Shown one piece after another: positions 24,684-35,800 of a DNA stretch of 64,000 nt. Source of the stretch: Toensbergia leucococca (lineage: Eukaryota). Every line of letters begins with the position of its first letter. Within the stretch, counting starts at the first letter, position 1. The stretch lies in NCBI GenBank assembly GCA_022813965.1, contig JALDZS010000121.1, forward strand, positions 1 through 64,000, given 5' to 3'. A program made the position numbers and the translations under genes. The notes under the pieces were generated by a model, which ran no database searches, was not told the origin of the DNA, and saw nothing but the letters and a program-made list of their open reading frames with translations.

Positions 24684-25070
24684 TCATCCCCGAATATCAC
24701 TACGCGATTCCTCGTCAAACGATATGCCAATCTCCCGTTCCAAAGTCTCGTTCTCCAGACTCAACGCCCCGTTTTCTGCCTTCAACGTATCAATAGCTTC
24801 CTTTGTATCTGCCAATACCACGAGCAATTTCAGTTGTCTAAGTTCCGACCAATATTTCGGCCATTGTTCCTCTGTCATCAGAACACTCTGGGGAAGAGGT
24901 CGGCGAAGCATGTTTTCGAGGATAGCGTTCTTATGCTGGAGAGAGAGTTTGAGATCCTGAAGATAATCTCTCTCAATTCCGAAACATGCGATATCATTCT
25001 GGAGCTGACCATTGGGATACACGATATAGTGGTTTATATCGGGGTGCGGAGGCTCGGAAGAAGATGACAT
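24684..25070 (-). CDS. Small hypothetical protein with coiled-coil C-terminus
   Basis: 128-aa ATG-initiated ORF with protein-like composition (LKAENGALSLENETLEREI); no family recognised. Confidence 0.5.
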   Translation of the reverse strand: MSSSSEPPHPDINHYIVYPNGQLQNDIACFGIERDYLQDLKLSLQHKNAILENMLRRPLPQSVLMTEEQWPKYWSELRQLKLLVVLADTKEAIDTLKAENGALSLENETLEREIGISFDEESRSDIRG

Positions 25071-25426
25071 GATGCAAATATTCTGGGCGAAAGGATCTTT
25101 GGAAAATGATTGAATGGGTTTAGGTAGGATCCAATGTAATGAATGGAAAGCTTGTGGGTAAATCGTCGCGCTTATATAGACATTCGTGGCACCGAGACGT
25201 TTGGGTATGTCCCTCTACGTGACCTGATTTAGATTATGTTTGTGTTACAACTGGTACAAGCAATTTGTGTTGAAAGGATCACCATCTTCCATGCAAACAT
25301 GCGGTGCTCAGTCTGTGAGCAACATGCCACCTTGCTAGTGATCTCCCGCTTGCTCCTAATACCAGAGTCTCTGGGTCACCTTATGGCTCTGGCTGAGAGT
25401 AATGCTCGATTGCATTTGCTTCGGCT

Positions 25427-26077
25427 TCAGCATGTTTCCCATGGTTCCTCCATCTCCACGCGCCAATTCAAAGGTAATTTTTTCCGTTCCTCAGACCGAA
25501 AGTACCGCAGCTCAACAAACAAATTCTGACGGTGTTCCTTGTCATCCATGACAAATTTAATGGCTTCGACAAGTGACTCATCCAACTGACCAGGACCGCA
25601 AAGACGCCCCCAGATGGCTAAATGGCGCAGTCTTAGACCGGTTGTCCTCAGAGCTTGAGCCCATTGCTGTTGGTACAAGAGTTCCTTTGTGATATCTTCG
25701 TCTATGGCAAGTTCGACCCAACGAACATGAGCCCTATTGGCCTTTCCAATCTGCAAGAAGAAGCAATTCATATCATGTGCATGCAAGACACGGAAAACGT
25801 TGCGTCCGTAAAGGATGGCGTTTCCCTCACGACCAAGCTGACGGCTGACACGACAAACTTGCGGCGAGGAGATGATTTCTGCCTTTCTCCACATCGTGGT
25901 GCGATGGGCGCAACACTGAATGGATATTTTGTAGGGATTCAAATCCAAACGCACCAAGTCTTTGGGCTCGTCCTGCCACACCCGTAATGCTTCGACGTAG
26001 ACTTTGTCTCTAATCTCCCGTGGCAGACGCAGAAATGGAAATGACAGTGTGGATCCAGATATTGTTGTCTTAGCCAT
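25427..26077 (-). CDS. Hypothetical protein with N-terminal F-box-like motif (FPFLRLPREIRDKVY)
   Basis: Intronless 216-aa ORF with CRVSRQLGREGNAILYGRNVF and IGKANRAHVRWVEL; same motif set as 23222-24214. Confidence 0.8.
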   Translation of the reverse strand: MAKTTISGSTLSFPFLRLPREIRDKVYVEALRVWQDEPKDLVRLDLNPYKISIQCCAHRTTMWRKAEIISSPQVCRVSRQLGREGNAILYGRNVFRVLHAHDMNCFFLQIGKANRAHVRWVELAIDEDITKELLYQQQWAQALRTTGLRLRHLAIWGRLCGPGQLDESLVEAIKFVMDDKEHRQNLFVELRYFRSEERKKLPLNWRVEMEEPWETC

Positions 26078-26834
26078 AATGAATGTGATAACAAAGTGCA
26101 GTGTTTGAATGTAGGATTCATTGTTAAAGGCTCACTGAACTCATAAGTATTTATGGGAGCCTGGTTGGGGGCTGAGGATCATAATGCCGTTCCTTTCATG
26201 GCCATGAATGCAGGATGGGAATCAACATGAGCAATGTGTCCACCCGATCCCCGGCGGACTGCAGTACAGTAGCTACATGTAGATAGAAAGTGGAGCTGCA
26301 ATGTTCTGTGCTTCAAATGGCGTTCTTTAGCATCAGGTGGAACTAAATATCATGAGGAACGGAGTTCCGTATGAAGTTCCGTACGGTACGCGTTTTGTTT
26401 TCTTCGGACTACCGTACTGGTGACCGTAGTCATTCAACATGGACCTTCCTGGTCATTGGCCTAAGATTTCCTTTGCTATCAACTCAAAGCTCAAACCAAC
26501 TTTGAAGCCAAGTAAGTCAACACCCCAGGAGAAGGTCAACACTGACGACTTTATCAACACAGTCAACCCTACTCTGAAGAAAAAGACCGCGGCCGAGGAA
26601 GAAGCATCTTCACTCCAAACCGAATCTGTGGAAACGACAAGCCTTGTCCCACAACTACCTCCAGCTCCTACGCCAAACCCCCTTGAACAAGACTACACCA
26701 AGAAGAAGGAGGATCACGAGGGTAGTACAACCTCAGCGCGTGATTCCGAGGCTTTTCTTCCCAACGCAATTGTTACTGCGACAGCTCTATCGTCCACCTC
26801 CTACCAGCCTCGGAGCGGGCAACCAGTCCGCTCC

Positions 26835-27725
26835 ATGGCCGAGCCTCCAGCCAAGCGTATCAAACGGACCGATAGCTCAGCAATGTGGGATCGCAACTCC
26901 CGCTCATCCCGACCCGCAGACTCGGATCAAAAGGCACGGTCAAGCAAAGACACAATTAGCACAAGAGACAAACGAGACGATAGAGAACGCTATCACGGCC
27001 GCGAAGACCGTCGCCATCGTTCAAGATCTAGAGACAGAAACGACAGACGACGGGATCCATCTCGATCACGGGACAGAGATGGTGGGAGGCATAGAGACGG
27101 AGAGAGAGGCGCCAAGCAGGATAGGAGGGAGAGGGACCGAAGTATAAGTAGAGAGAGGCATCGATCACGACGTGGTGAGTAGCATCCTTGTCACTGGCAT
27201 CGCCCAATGCCCTTACTAACAAAGCAAGACGATCCGCCCCCAAGCCGGCGATCGGATCGGCACCGTACCAGATCCCGCTCGCCCGCTCTTCGTCATGCCC
27301 CGCCAAGCACCCGCACTCGTTCTCCGCCCAAAGCCCAGACCACAAAACCCTCCCTCTCCAATCCTACCACAAAGGCCCCCACCCTGTCAAACCCCACTAC
27401 AAGACCGCCTCCTCCCTTAACCCCCACCAACAAACACCTCCAAAAGTCGGACCCACCAGCCAAGTCTCTCACAAAACCCGCCTCCTCCACGCCCCCTCCT
27501 CAAATGGACGGGGCTTCTGCACCCGCAACTGAGATGGACATCGACTCAGACCCAGAGGTAGCACTAATGCGGCAGACGATGGGCTTCACAGGATTCAAAA
27601 CGACAAAGAACACCAAGGTGGCCGGGAATGATATCTACGGCGTGCGAAAGGAGAAAAAGACAGAGTACAGGCAGTACATGAACCGTGTTGGTGGGTTCAA
27701 TCGACCTTTGAGTCCGAGTCGGTAG
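26835..27725 (+). CDS. SNRNP27: U4/U6.U5 tri-snRNP 27 kDa protein (DUF1777)
   Basis: RS/RD-rich N-terminus; C-terminal MGFTGFKTTKNTKVAGN...KTEYRQYMNRVGGFNRPLSPSR. Intron at about 27175-27228. Confidence 0.92.
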
Positions 27726-28748
27726 TCGGTGGCAGGAGAGGCGATGGAAATTGTTTGTATGCAGAGAGGAACGAGGTTTGGCCGTCCGTTTTCAGTGCTT
27801 TGTTCCTAGCAAAGGCGACAAGTGTGGGAAGCTAGTGACATTTGTAAGATAGGATACTTGCATAGCTACCTCAGCTGAGGTAATCTAGCCTACGCATAGC
27901 TGTGCATACCTAGCTAAGTACAGTGATCCTAATTAAATGAAGCTATCTGCACTGCTGACCTTGTTGCCTGGCCCGTCCCCCAGTATATTAAACATCGGCA
28001 TTGCGCAGCCTGTACCATGGAAAGACAGAGCAATGTGGATTTACCGCTATCTCAAGACATACCCAACGACCTACCTATCAAGTTAAATTCTCGTGTGTAC
28101 TGACAAGCGTTGTTTAGACGAAATGACATGGTTGACAGCTAGCATGAAACGATAGAGAAACAAGAGGCTGATTTGAAATCTTCTTCTGATGCCGTTTAGC
28201 GAGGGATGTGGATTCATCGATGTGGATTTTTGAAAGGAGAGACGTCCCTCGTACTCGTACTGCTGTCCGGCAAAGAATTGAACTGAATATGGAAAATCCT
28301 TTCAAAGCTTTGCAAATTTTCTGTCTGGAGAAGAAGGACTTCATCAAGTGAATGTGAGTACAGTGAATAGAAACTCCGAGAATCAACACATAGATTGAAA
28401 TTAGTTTGAAATCAACTCGGAATACTTTTTCTTCATGTTACCTTTCTGCCCTGATACAATCATCCGAACTCACAATCTTCAAGACTCAACGGCAGCTAGA
28501 AAAGACAAGGCAAGCTTGCCATCAGCGTAATAGCCACAAGCGTTACTATTAACAGTATCAGAGTAAGACCACCCAGCCTTTTCATCTGGTCTTGCCCTTC
28601 AACCAACGCCACATCCTCAAATCTCACATTGTCACCTCTTATTTTCCAGACAATATCTCCTCCCAGCCAGCCTCAAAGATTCGTTAACTAACTCCCTCAG
28701 TAGCACACAAACCCGCATTACTCCGAACTACTACCTTTACGCAAAACC

Positions 28749-29645
28749 ATGGCCTTCAGACTCACCCCCTACCCCACGCAACCATACCTCGCTTCCCTAT
28801 CCTCCTGGGTGGACGGAAACACGCTCAATGGCCACCCAGGCACTGCTCAAAGTGTTGAACGAGTCCACAACCTAGCTAAGGATAGGTATTGCGCAACACA
28901 AAGTTCTACACAGTTGGACGAACTTGGAGAAAAAGTATCGTCACTCAAACATCTCACTACCCTCGTCATTGAGCAGATCCAACAACTGAAAGACCGCTGC
29001 CTCCTCGCCGATAAGAAGAATGACGAGCTGGAACAAGTGTACAATCTTGCTATGAAGGAACACTTGGATGCAGAAGAAAGCTTTCGCCTCGCCGATAAGA
29101 AATGTCTTGAACTACAAGATCAATGCGTGGTCGCTGGTAGGGACATCGCCGTTCTGGAACACCGCTGTAGCAATGCCAGTAATAAGATCAGTCACCTACA
29201 AGACAACTTGGAAATCGCCAACTCAAAAATGCACGAGCTAGAGAACCGTTGCCTCCTCGCCGACAACGCACGACAACAGCGAGAAAAGGACTACGATTGC
29301 GTCCGTCAAGTAAACCTTGATGCACAAGACCATTACTTGCTTGCCGATATGGAAATTCGCGAACTAAAGAGTCGTTGCATGCTTGCCGATCAGAAAATCT
29401 GCGAGCTAGAAGCTAGCCTCAAGCACGCAGTCGCAAACGACGAAGTGCGCGAGCTGAGAGCGTTCCGCTCGGCCATCCACCTTCTATCCAACAGTAATGC
29501 GTCCGTTGCGGCTTCAACGTCATCAGGGTCCGCGCTCGAGATCAGCGAGCTGAAAGCGCTCCGCTACGCCATCCATATTCTGTCCAGAGACAACGTATCC
29601 ACCACCGCTCCGATCCCACCACTAGCGCCAACCAAGGAACAGTGA
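28749..29645 (+). CDS. Orphan coiled-coil protein with internal repeats
   Basis: Intronless 298-aa ORF with heptad pattern and recurring RCLLAD-type units. Confidence 0.7.
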   Translation: MAFRLTPYPTQPYLASLSSWVDGNTLNGHPGTAQSVERVHNLAKDRYCATQSSTQLDELGEKVSSLKHLTTLVIEQIQQLKDRCLLADKKNDELEQVYNLAMKEHLDAEESFRLADKKCLELQDQCVVAGRDIAVLEHRCSNASNKISHLQDNLEIANSKMHELENRCLLADNARQQREKDYDCVRQVNLDAQDHYLLADMEIRELKSRCMLADQKICELEASLKHAVANDEVRELRAFRSAIHLLSNSNASVAASTSSGSALEISELKALRYAIHILSRDNVSTTAPIPPLAPTKEQ

Positions 29646-30346
29646 CCAAGGTACTATCTCCAAGCTACGTGACATTGTCTGAGCTCATAGAACAAGTGAA
29701 GGAGGAGGAAAGCTATTGCAGGGTTGAGTTGAAGGAAGCGTCTGTACCTTTTTGAATCTCAAGTATTGATAGCTTTACTTCTTCAAGATTGAGCATTTGA
29801 GCGCGTTCAGCATAAATAAAATCCGCAGACGGTTGAGTATGCCTTAGTGAATCTTTCTTAAATACCAAGAGTTTGATTTTGAAGATCATCTTTCTCAATA
29901 GTCCATTCACACATACTGATTGTTACATGAAAGGCTAGAAGAAGTTGTGATAAAGTATGGTCTCTCTAAATCTACATTGTGAGGATCAGCTTAAAGAGCC
30001 AATCTTCCGACCAAGGTACACTTCCAACCGAGGTACAGACACCTAGCATGGCTTCTCTGAAATACCATTCAAACCTTACCCTTCTCTTCTCATAACGCGT
30101 TGTGCATACTACGATGTGACCACGCTGCCACGGAGATTTCTGTTTGTTTTGTCTACATGGAAGTCGGCGCTTTGGCCAGTGCCGTTCTATCATTGTTGTC
30201 ATCATGCCTTACAGAGTATGAACGTCACGTGTATCGAGTATGAGGGTTCTATCTGCCTTGCCCTGAAGCCAAGCCCCTTAGCCCCAACAGAGTAGGTGCG
30301 AGGGTGCTTGACATGGAGGGGCAGCTTCTTGTTGTAAGCTCTTCGC

Positions 30347-30380
30347 CTTTCCACTTTCCACTTTCCACTTTCCACTTTCA
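30347..30380 (+). repeat. 7-bp tandem repeat (CTTTCCA)n, about 4.5 copies
   Basis: ctttccactttccactttccactttccactttca seen directly. Confidence 0.85.
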
Positions 30381-30531
30381 TCGGCCCGAGGCTTTGTCTT
30401 GTGTCGAGCCTCAGCACTCTATGCACCGTCTCCGAGGCTATCGATTCACTTGCTACATTGTCCAAGAGCTTCCTCTTCCTACCAGACGCTGTCCGTATCC
30501 TATCCATAGCGACACTTCCACACCCTCGAAC

Positions 30532-31911
30532 ATGCATGTTTCTGTCCTTCGATTCACCACTATTCTACTGCACACTCGCTTCAGTGCTGCCATACCATAG
30601 CTAGAGCCATTGCCTACTCCAACAGGCCTCATGGCCCAAATCGGCATATCCTTATTGCCTACCGAAGCTCCCGCTCTCAATGGCATCCCTAAAGAGCTCC
30701 TACGAAAACAGAACGGCCTTCCTGACAATGACCTTCCTCCTCCCAATTGGTGTGGCTTCGTCGACAGAGACCCAGGTACCCTAGAACCTTCCTCTTAATT
30801 TCAGTACAACTTCTGATTTGTCTAGAACACATTCTTTCATGCGTGGACACGCAGGCCTGCGTGTACAGTAGTACGGCTGTGGGTTGCTGTGATGCCGGCT
30901 TGATTGCTTCGTAGGCAAATTTCCATCTCTTGTGCTCCGAGGGTCAAGACTGATACAGGATGATTCTTTGAGATAACAGTTGCACCAATTTCTTCACGAC
31001 CTGTGAAAATTACAGTGACGAGTGCAACTCTGCCTGCGAGAACAATAACAAGATATTGAAGTGGTATGGACATTCTATCCTATATTTACTCATATCCTAC
31101 GTGCCTACCTAATGAAATCACAAGCTCTAATACAGCTCTTCCTTATTGTGGCACCTTTGACTTCTCCGTTACGACGTCCTTTGTAGCGCAGCTCTACAAC
31201 TGTGATTCAACTGCAGCTACGCCTCGCTTTGTTGACTTTATCCAGGATTACTATCTTACTGCCTATGGTCGTACAGTGCAAGGTCCTGTTACCGTCACGG
31301 CAACTGAACAATCTCTCGAGGCTGGTATTAATGTCAACGTCGTCGCAAGTGAAACAGGATTCGGTGCCAATAGTGGGCAGGCCCAGGTTTCCTCAGCTAC
31401 GTCTGCTGAGACAGTGACGGCAACGCAAACTCCGCATCATAGCGTCTCCACCGGTGTGATTGCTGGGATTTCTGCCGGTGTTGGAGTCATAGTACTAGCC
31501 GTTGCAGTCAGTTTGATTGAGTTCTGCTGTCTTCGTCGCCGGAATCGCAGACGCGCAGCTTTGGCACGACCCAATTCAGCCACGGGACCAGTCCAAGGCC
31601 TTTCTATGCAGCAACCGCAACAAGCCCTCCTTGGAGGAGGACAATACCAGCCTATAGCGCAGCAGGATGAGCAGCAAGAATTGAAAAAGTCACTTGAGTA
31701 CTCGAGCTATCCAAATGAGCCTCACTCGCAGCAAGGAGCACACGGGGGTATTCATGAGATGGCCCAAGGAGATAACAATATTAACGAAATAGGGAATGAG
31801 GGAATGAATCCGAAGATTGAGCTAGGGAATGGTCAGGGGATACCGTGTGAGTTGAACGGTCAGGAGGAAGCTATTCATGAGATGGCTGGTGAGCCATTAC
31901 ACAATAAGTAA
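30532..31911 (+). pseudogene. Cys-rich ectodomain single-pass membrane protein with a premature TAG in exon 1
   Basis: ATG 30532 gives signal-like MHVSVLRFTTILLHTRFSAAIP, then TAG 30598-30600, then the frame continues LEPLPTPTG...WCGFVDRDP. Spliced Cys-rich exons follow (LSCVDTQAC...GCCD, CTNFFTTC...C...C, LPYCGTF), then TM GVIAGISAGVGVIVLAVAVSLI, RRRNRRR and HEM/ELG tail repeats. Confidence 0.65.
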
Positions 31912-32867
31912 AGCTAAAAAGCGGTCGTTTAGTACTTCTCCCTTTTATTTGAAGGTGTCTCTCACTACGTTTTCTTTACCGCTTTTTTTACTTTTATGCT
32001 CAGAGGCAGGGGGGAAGAATGAGGGTAAACTTAAGAATAATCAAATGAGGATTCTCTGAATATCTGAAATTTTATACACTTTTATTACCTGTTTATCTGT
32101 AAGATGAAAGTGTAATTCTTAGATTTTGAAATTATGATTAAAGATACAAAATGTGATTCTTGAGTACTGATCACTGAATCACTCAAGGCTTTTGATATCT
32201 GTACAACCTTCTCACCTCCCTCTTCTAGATCCTCGCCCACCCTGATCTTTTGTTCATTCAAATGTAAAAGAGCTCACACTATGTACCCCCTATCAGAGAC
32301 CTGTTATTCTCTCACATCACAAACTTCTGTAGGACTGCAGTGAAAAGGTGATAGATGGCACGCGGAAATCATGAGGGATAAGGCATGCAAAGGTGGTGGG
32401 GAATCGAGGCAAGATGTGGTGCAGAATGACAATCATTTCCCTCGGTGATATTTGCGCCCGAAGGGAAGGAAGGGGGGTGTAGGGTGTTCTTGTATCAAAA
32501 GAGGGGGGTGTCATGGTATGCAATTCCCTATTTGTATAAGATTTTTTGTAGCCCCTTTTCGTAACCTACAATCTTCACTGAAAAATATTTCCTTTGCAAG
32601 GAAAAGGGGGGTTTTTCCAAATCAGACAAAAAAGGTACATTTACATCAAACTGCAACAAATCCAACGAGGAAAAAATTTCTAACAAAAATTAAAAAAGAG
32701 AGAAAAATCTCTCTAATCAACAAACTACACCGACGCTATGCCAAACAATACCCCCTCTACCGAAACAGAAAACCAAAACAGACCCCGCTCCTGAAGCTCC
32801 AATCGTCTAAATTGTACAGTAATACATGGCCCAAAAGTAGCCAGCACGAGACGAAAAGCATCCTTTT

Positions 32868-35800
32868 TCATTCCCCCTCTAGCAGCGGGTCAGCAGGTAG
32901 CACCGGACGCACCTCGCCGTGCATTGCTGAGATTGTCGATGCCATCTTGCCAAAATATTGAATGACGAAACTCTCGCTATAGAAGCTATCAGTAAAAGCG
33001 ATCGTTTTGGATGAAAGAAAGGGAGATGCGTGGGAATAAAGCATCAATCACATACGTGTAATAGCTATGATCGGCACTGTGGTCTGTGAGGTATCATCAG
33101 TGAGATGTCCAATAGCCCTGTAAGAGGACAGGGCATACCTTTGACAAGGTTGTGTGCCAGCTCGTGGCATAGGACCACAAACCAATATACCAGCGCATCC
33201 GCTTTGACTCCCTGCTGCACCAAGGGTAGATGGAGGTTCTCAAAGTATCTGTAGTTGCAGAAAAGAGCCTAGCACATGTCAGATTTCGATTATTGATGGA
33301 GTTAGGAGTCAAACGACCATTACGAACCTTGCTCTTATTGAATGCGATCGTGCTGCCATTGTTATCGTAGAAGATATGTACGGCGTGTTTCCCCAAGTTG
33401 AACACATGAGCACAATCCAACAAAATTGACGAGAATGCGTTCAGCGCTGAACCATTGGCAGCCAGGAATGATTGATCTTCGGTATCATTTGCGAAGAACA
33501 TCTTCACGCCAGAGCTTGACTCTGCAACAAACTTCAAATTATGGCTGGGTTTAGCATCGCAATATGTTGCTGTTTCTTTGACCTCATTCACAGTAGGTTG
33601 GCTGACGAGGCTTGTCGAATTGTAAGCCCTTGAAGATTCGACTGCGTTGACAAGATTTTGCTGAAGACGATGAGGCGCTGTCGCTGTTTCGGGAGCTGGA
33701 GACTTGTTTTTGTCATCTATCGAGTAAGGAGGTGGTGAATCACTATCGAATATGCCATTCGAACCACCACTTGTGTTACCACCGCCCAGATTCGAAACAT
33801 CAGGTCGTCGTCCATGCTCAAAGCCAAATCTCTTGCCAATGTCATGAAGGAAACCCCGTGGCTTTCTTATGACCTGATCATCTCCACCAGTACCGACTGA
33901 ATTACCCAAAGACTTATGATCTGGTGAGTTCGGGAACAGGCCTGGCATAGAGACTGGGTTTTGTGTATTCGCCACGCTCTGTGCCTGACTCTCTTTCCAA
34001 GCAGCTTCCCTCTCCTTCAAGTCCTGCTGTTCTTGGAGTAGCTGCTGCTTTCTTGCCTCTTCTGCAACACGTGCTTCAACTGCTTTTTGACGCAAGATCC
34101 TTATAGACGTCAGTATAGTGGATGCCGCTGGAAAGAGAATGAGGTTACCTCTCTACGTTGTAGCCTCTCGCACGTAATTTGAGCAAATTTGTTCCCAGGA
34201 ACATCTCAAGCATCATTCCGTGTTGAGGTTTTGGTCGAATTAGTAGGAGACCTATAAGTGCTTGGCTGACCTCGAAGACTTCATAGTTGCCAACTGTAAC
34301 ACAGAGGGTCCAACCTGTTTGATCTTGGGATAAAGCCGCGCTCCTAGATTCGCTATGGGATTTGTTGTGTCCTTTGAGGGATCGTCGGAGTGTTATGCTC
34401 GACACAGAAACTACTTTGAGGTTTTGAGATAGCCATTTAGCGTTGTGTTTGATAGCTTCACGTGGGTATTCGTGGAGAAACAGGGTGACTCGTTCGTACA
34501 CGAGATTTTGTAATTTTGTCGCTCTCTGGTCTTCAGTAACAGTAGGCTTTCCAATACTGTATCGTTCTTCAACAATTTCATGAAGAACCGGAGCTCCTAG
34601 ACTGATGTAAAAGTCCTCAAGTAGGTCTTCCATCGGCGCACAAATCAAACTGGACTTGAAGAGATTGTAGGCTATCAGATCATCTACAACTACAATCTTT
34701 CTCGCATTCGCCAGTTGATACGTTTTGATAGTATCAACATCATCCGCGCCGGTAGATCCCGAGCTAAGTTCACTGTATGCGAGTAGGAAGGGCGCATTTT
34801 TCATTTCTTGCGCCAGCGTTCTATCTTTCTTGAGAACAGAAAATGATTCTGCCAGAGCTAAAGTGGCAGGAACAAAGGTAAGCAATACCGAAACAACAAT
34901 ATTGTAGTTGAGAGACTCGACAGAAGGGGATGTCCTTACTTCTTAATAATTCCAAATACCTCTCCACTTGAAGGACACCAAATATCCTAGCTGGCTCACG
35001 GATGAGAAGCTGCGCAATCTCAGTGGTGCTTGGCTCATGCTTGGATCCGCATCTTAATAAGAAGCTATTGGCTTCTTGCCCATAATCCACGTACTCAAAG
35101 ATATCGACGTATTTACCACCATCACCCAAGAAGCACAGGCGAGGTTCGATGTGACGACTCTTCTCAGACTTGTCGACGTTTGCGTTCTGAGATTTTGGAA
35201 AGACGGGAATAAATTTGGAACGACCGAGGAGTTCTACATAGGCTCCCAGCTCAGCAAGTCTGCAAGCAAAATACTCGAATACCTTCCTTGCGTGGTGTCT
35301 CGAAGTTGGAGGATTTTTGACCAGCTTGTCTATACACTCTTTCATTTCCGGATCGTGTTGTACCCCAAGCTTTTCCTTGGCTTCCGAGCGTAGGTCCTTT
35401 CGTAATATGTCGAAGCCCATGATCGCTGCACTTTCATTTGTAAAACATTGTTGTGGCGTTCTTGTTGCCTTCAGATCTCCACAATCCAAGGGAAGATAAG
35501 GAGTTGAACAAGCCGCATTATTATATTGAGAATAGCCATTTGTATGATGGAATTGCAAAAGATACCTTAGGGCACGGTCTCGTAGCGCCACGTCTCCTTG
35601 AAGGGTCGCAGTGGATATGGTACTTATCAGCTCAGGCTTAGTTGGAAATGCCCGTAGTCCGAGCTGGGAGCTCAAGAACCGGCCTTCGGGGGTAGTAGAA
35701 CGATAGAGAGTAGGCCACTGCATGAGCCTCAGTCCTAAACTACGTAGCACGTCACTCGGCTCAAAGAGATCGGAAACACGATATCGCTCGCCGCTAATGG

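Noticed and set aside
26355..26432. Small palindromes and AGTTCCGTA duplication in the divergent promoter region
   Set aside because: Too short to distinguish from chance without comparative data.
26439..26834. 132-codon in-frame extension upstream of SNRNP27
   Set aside because: Low-complexity. MAEPPAKR at 26835 looks like the natural start; without transcripts I cannot support the extension.
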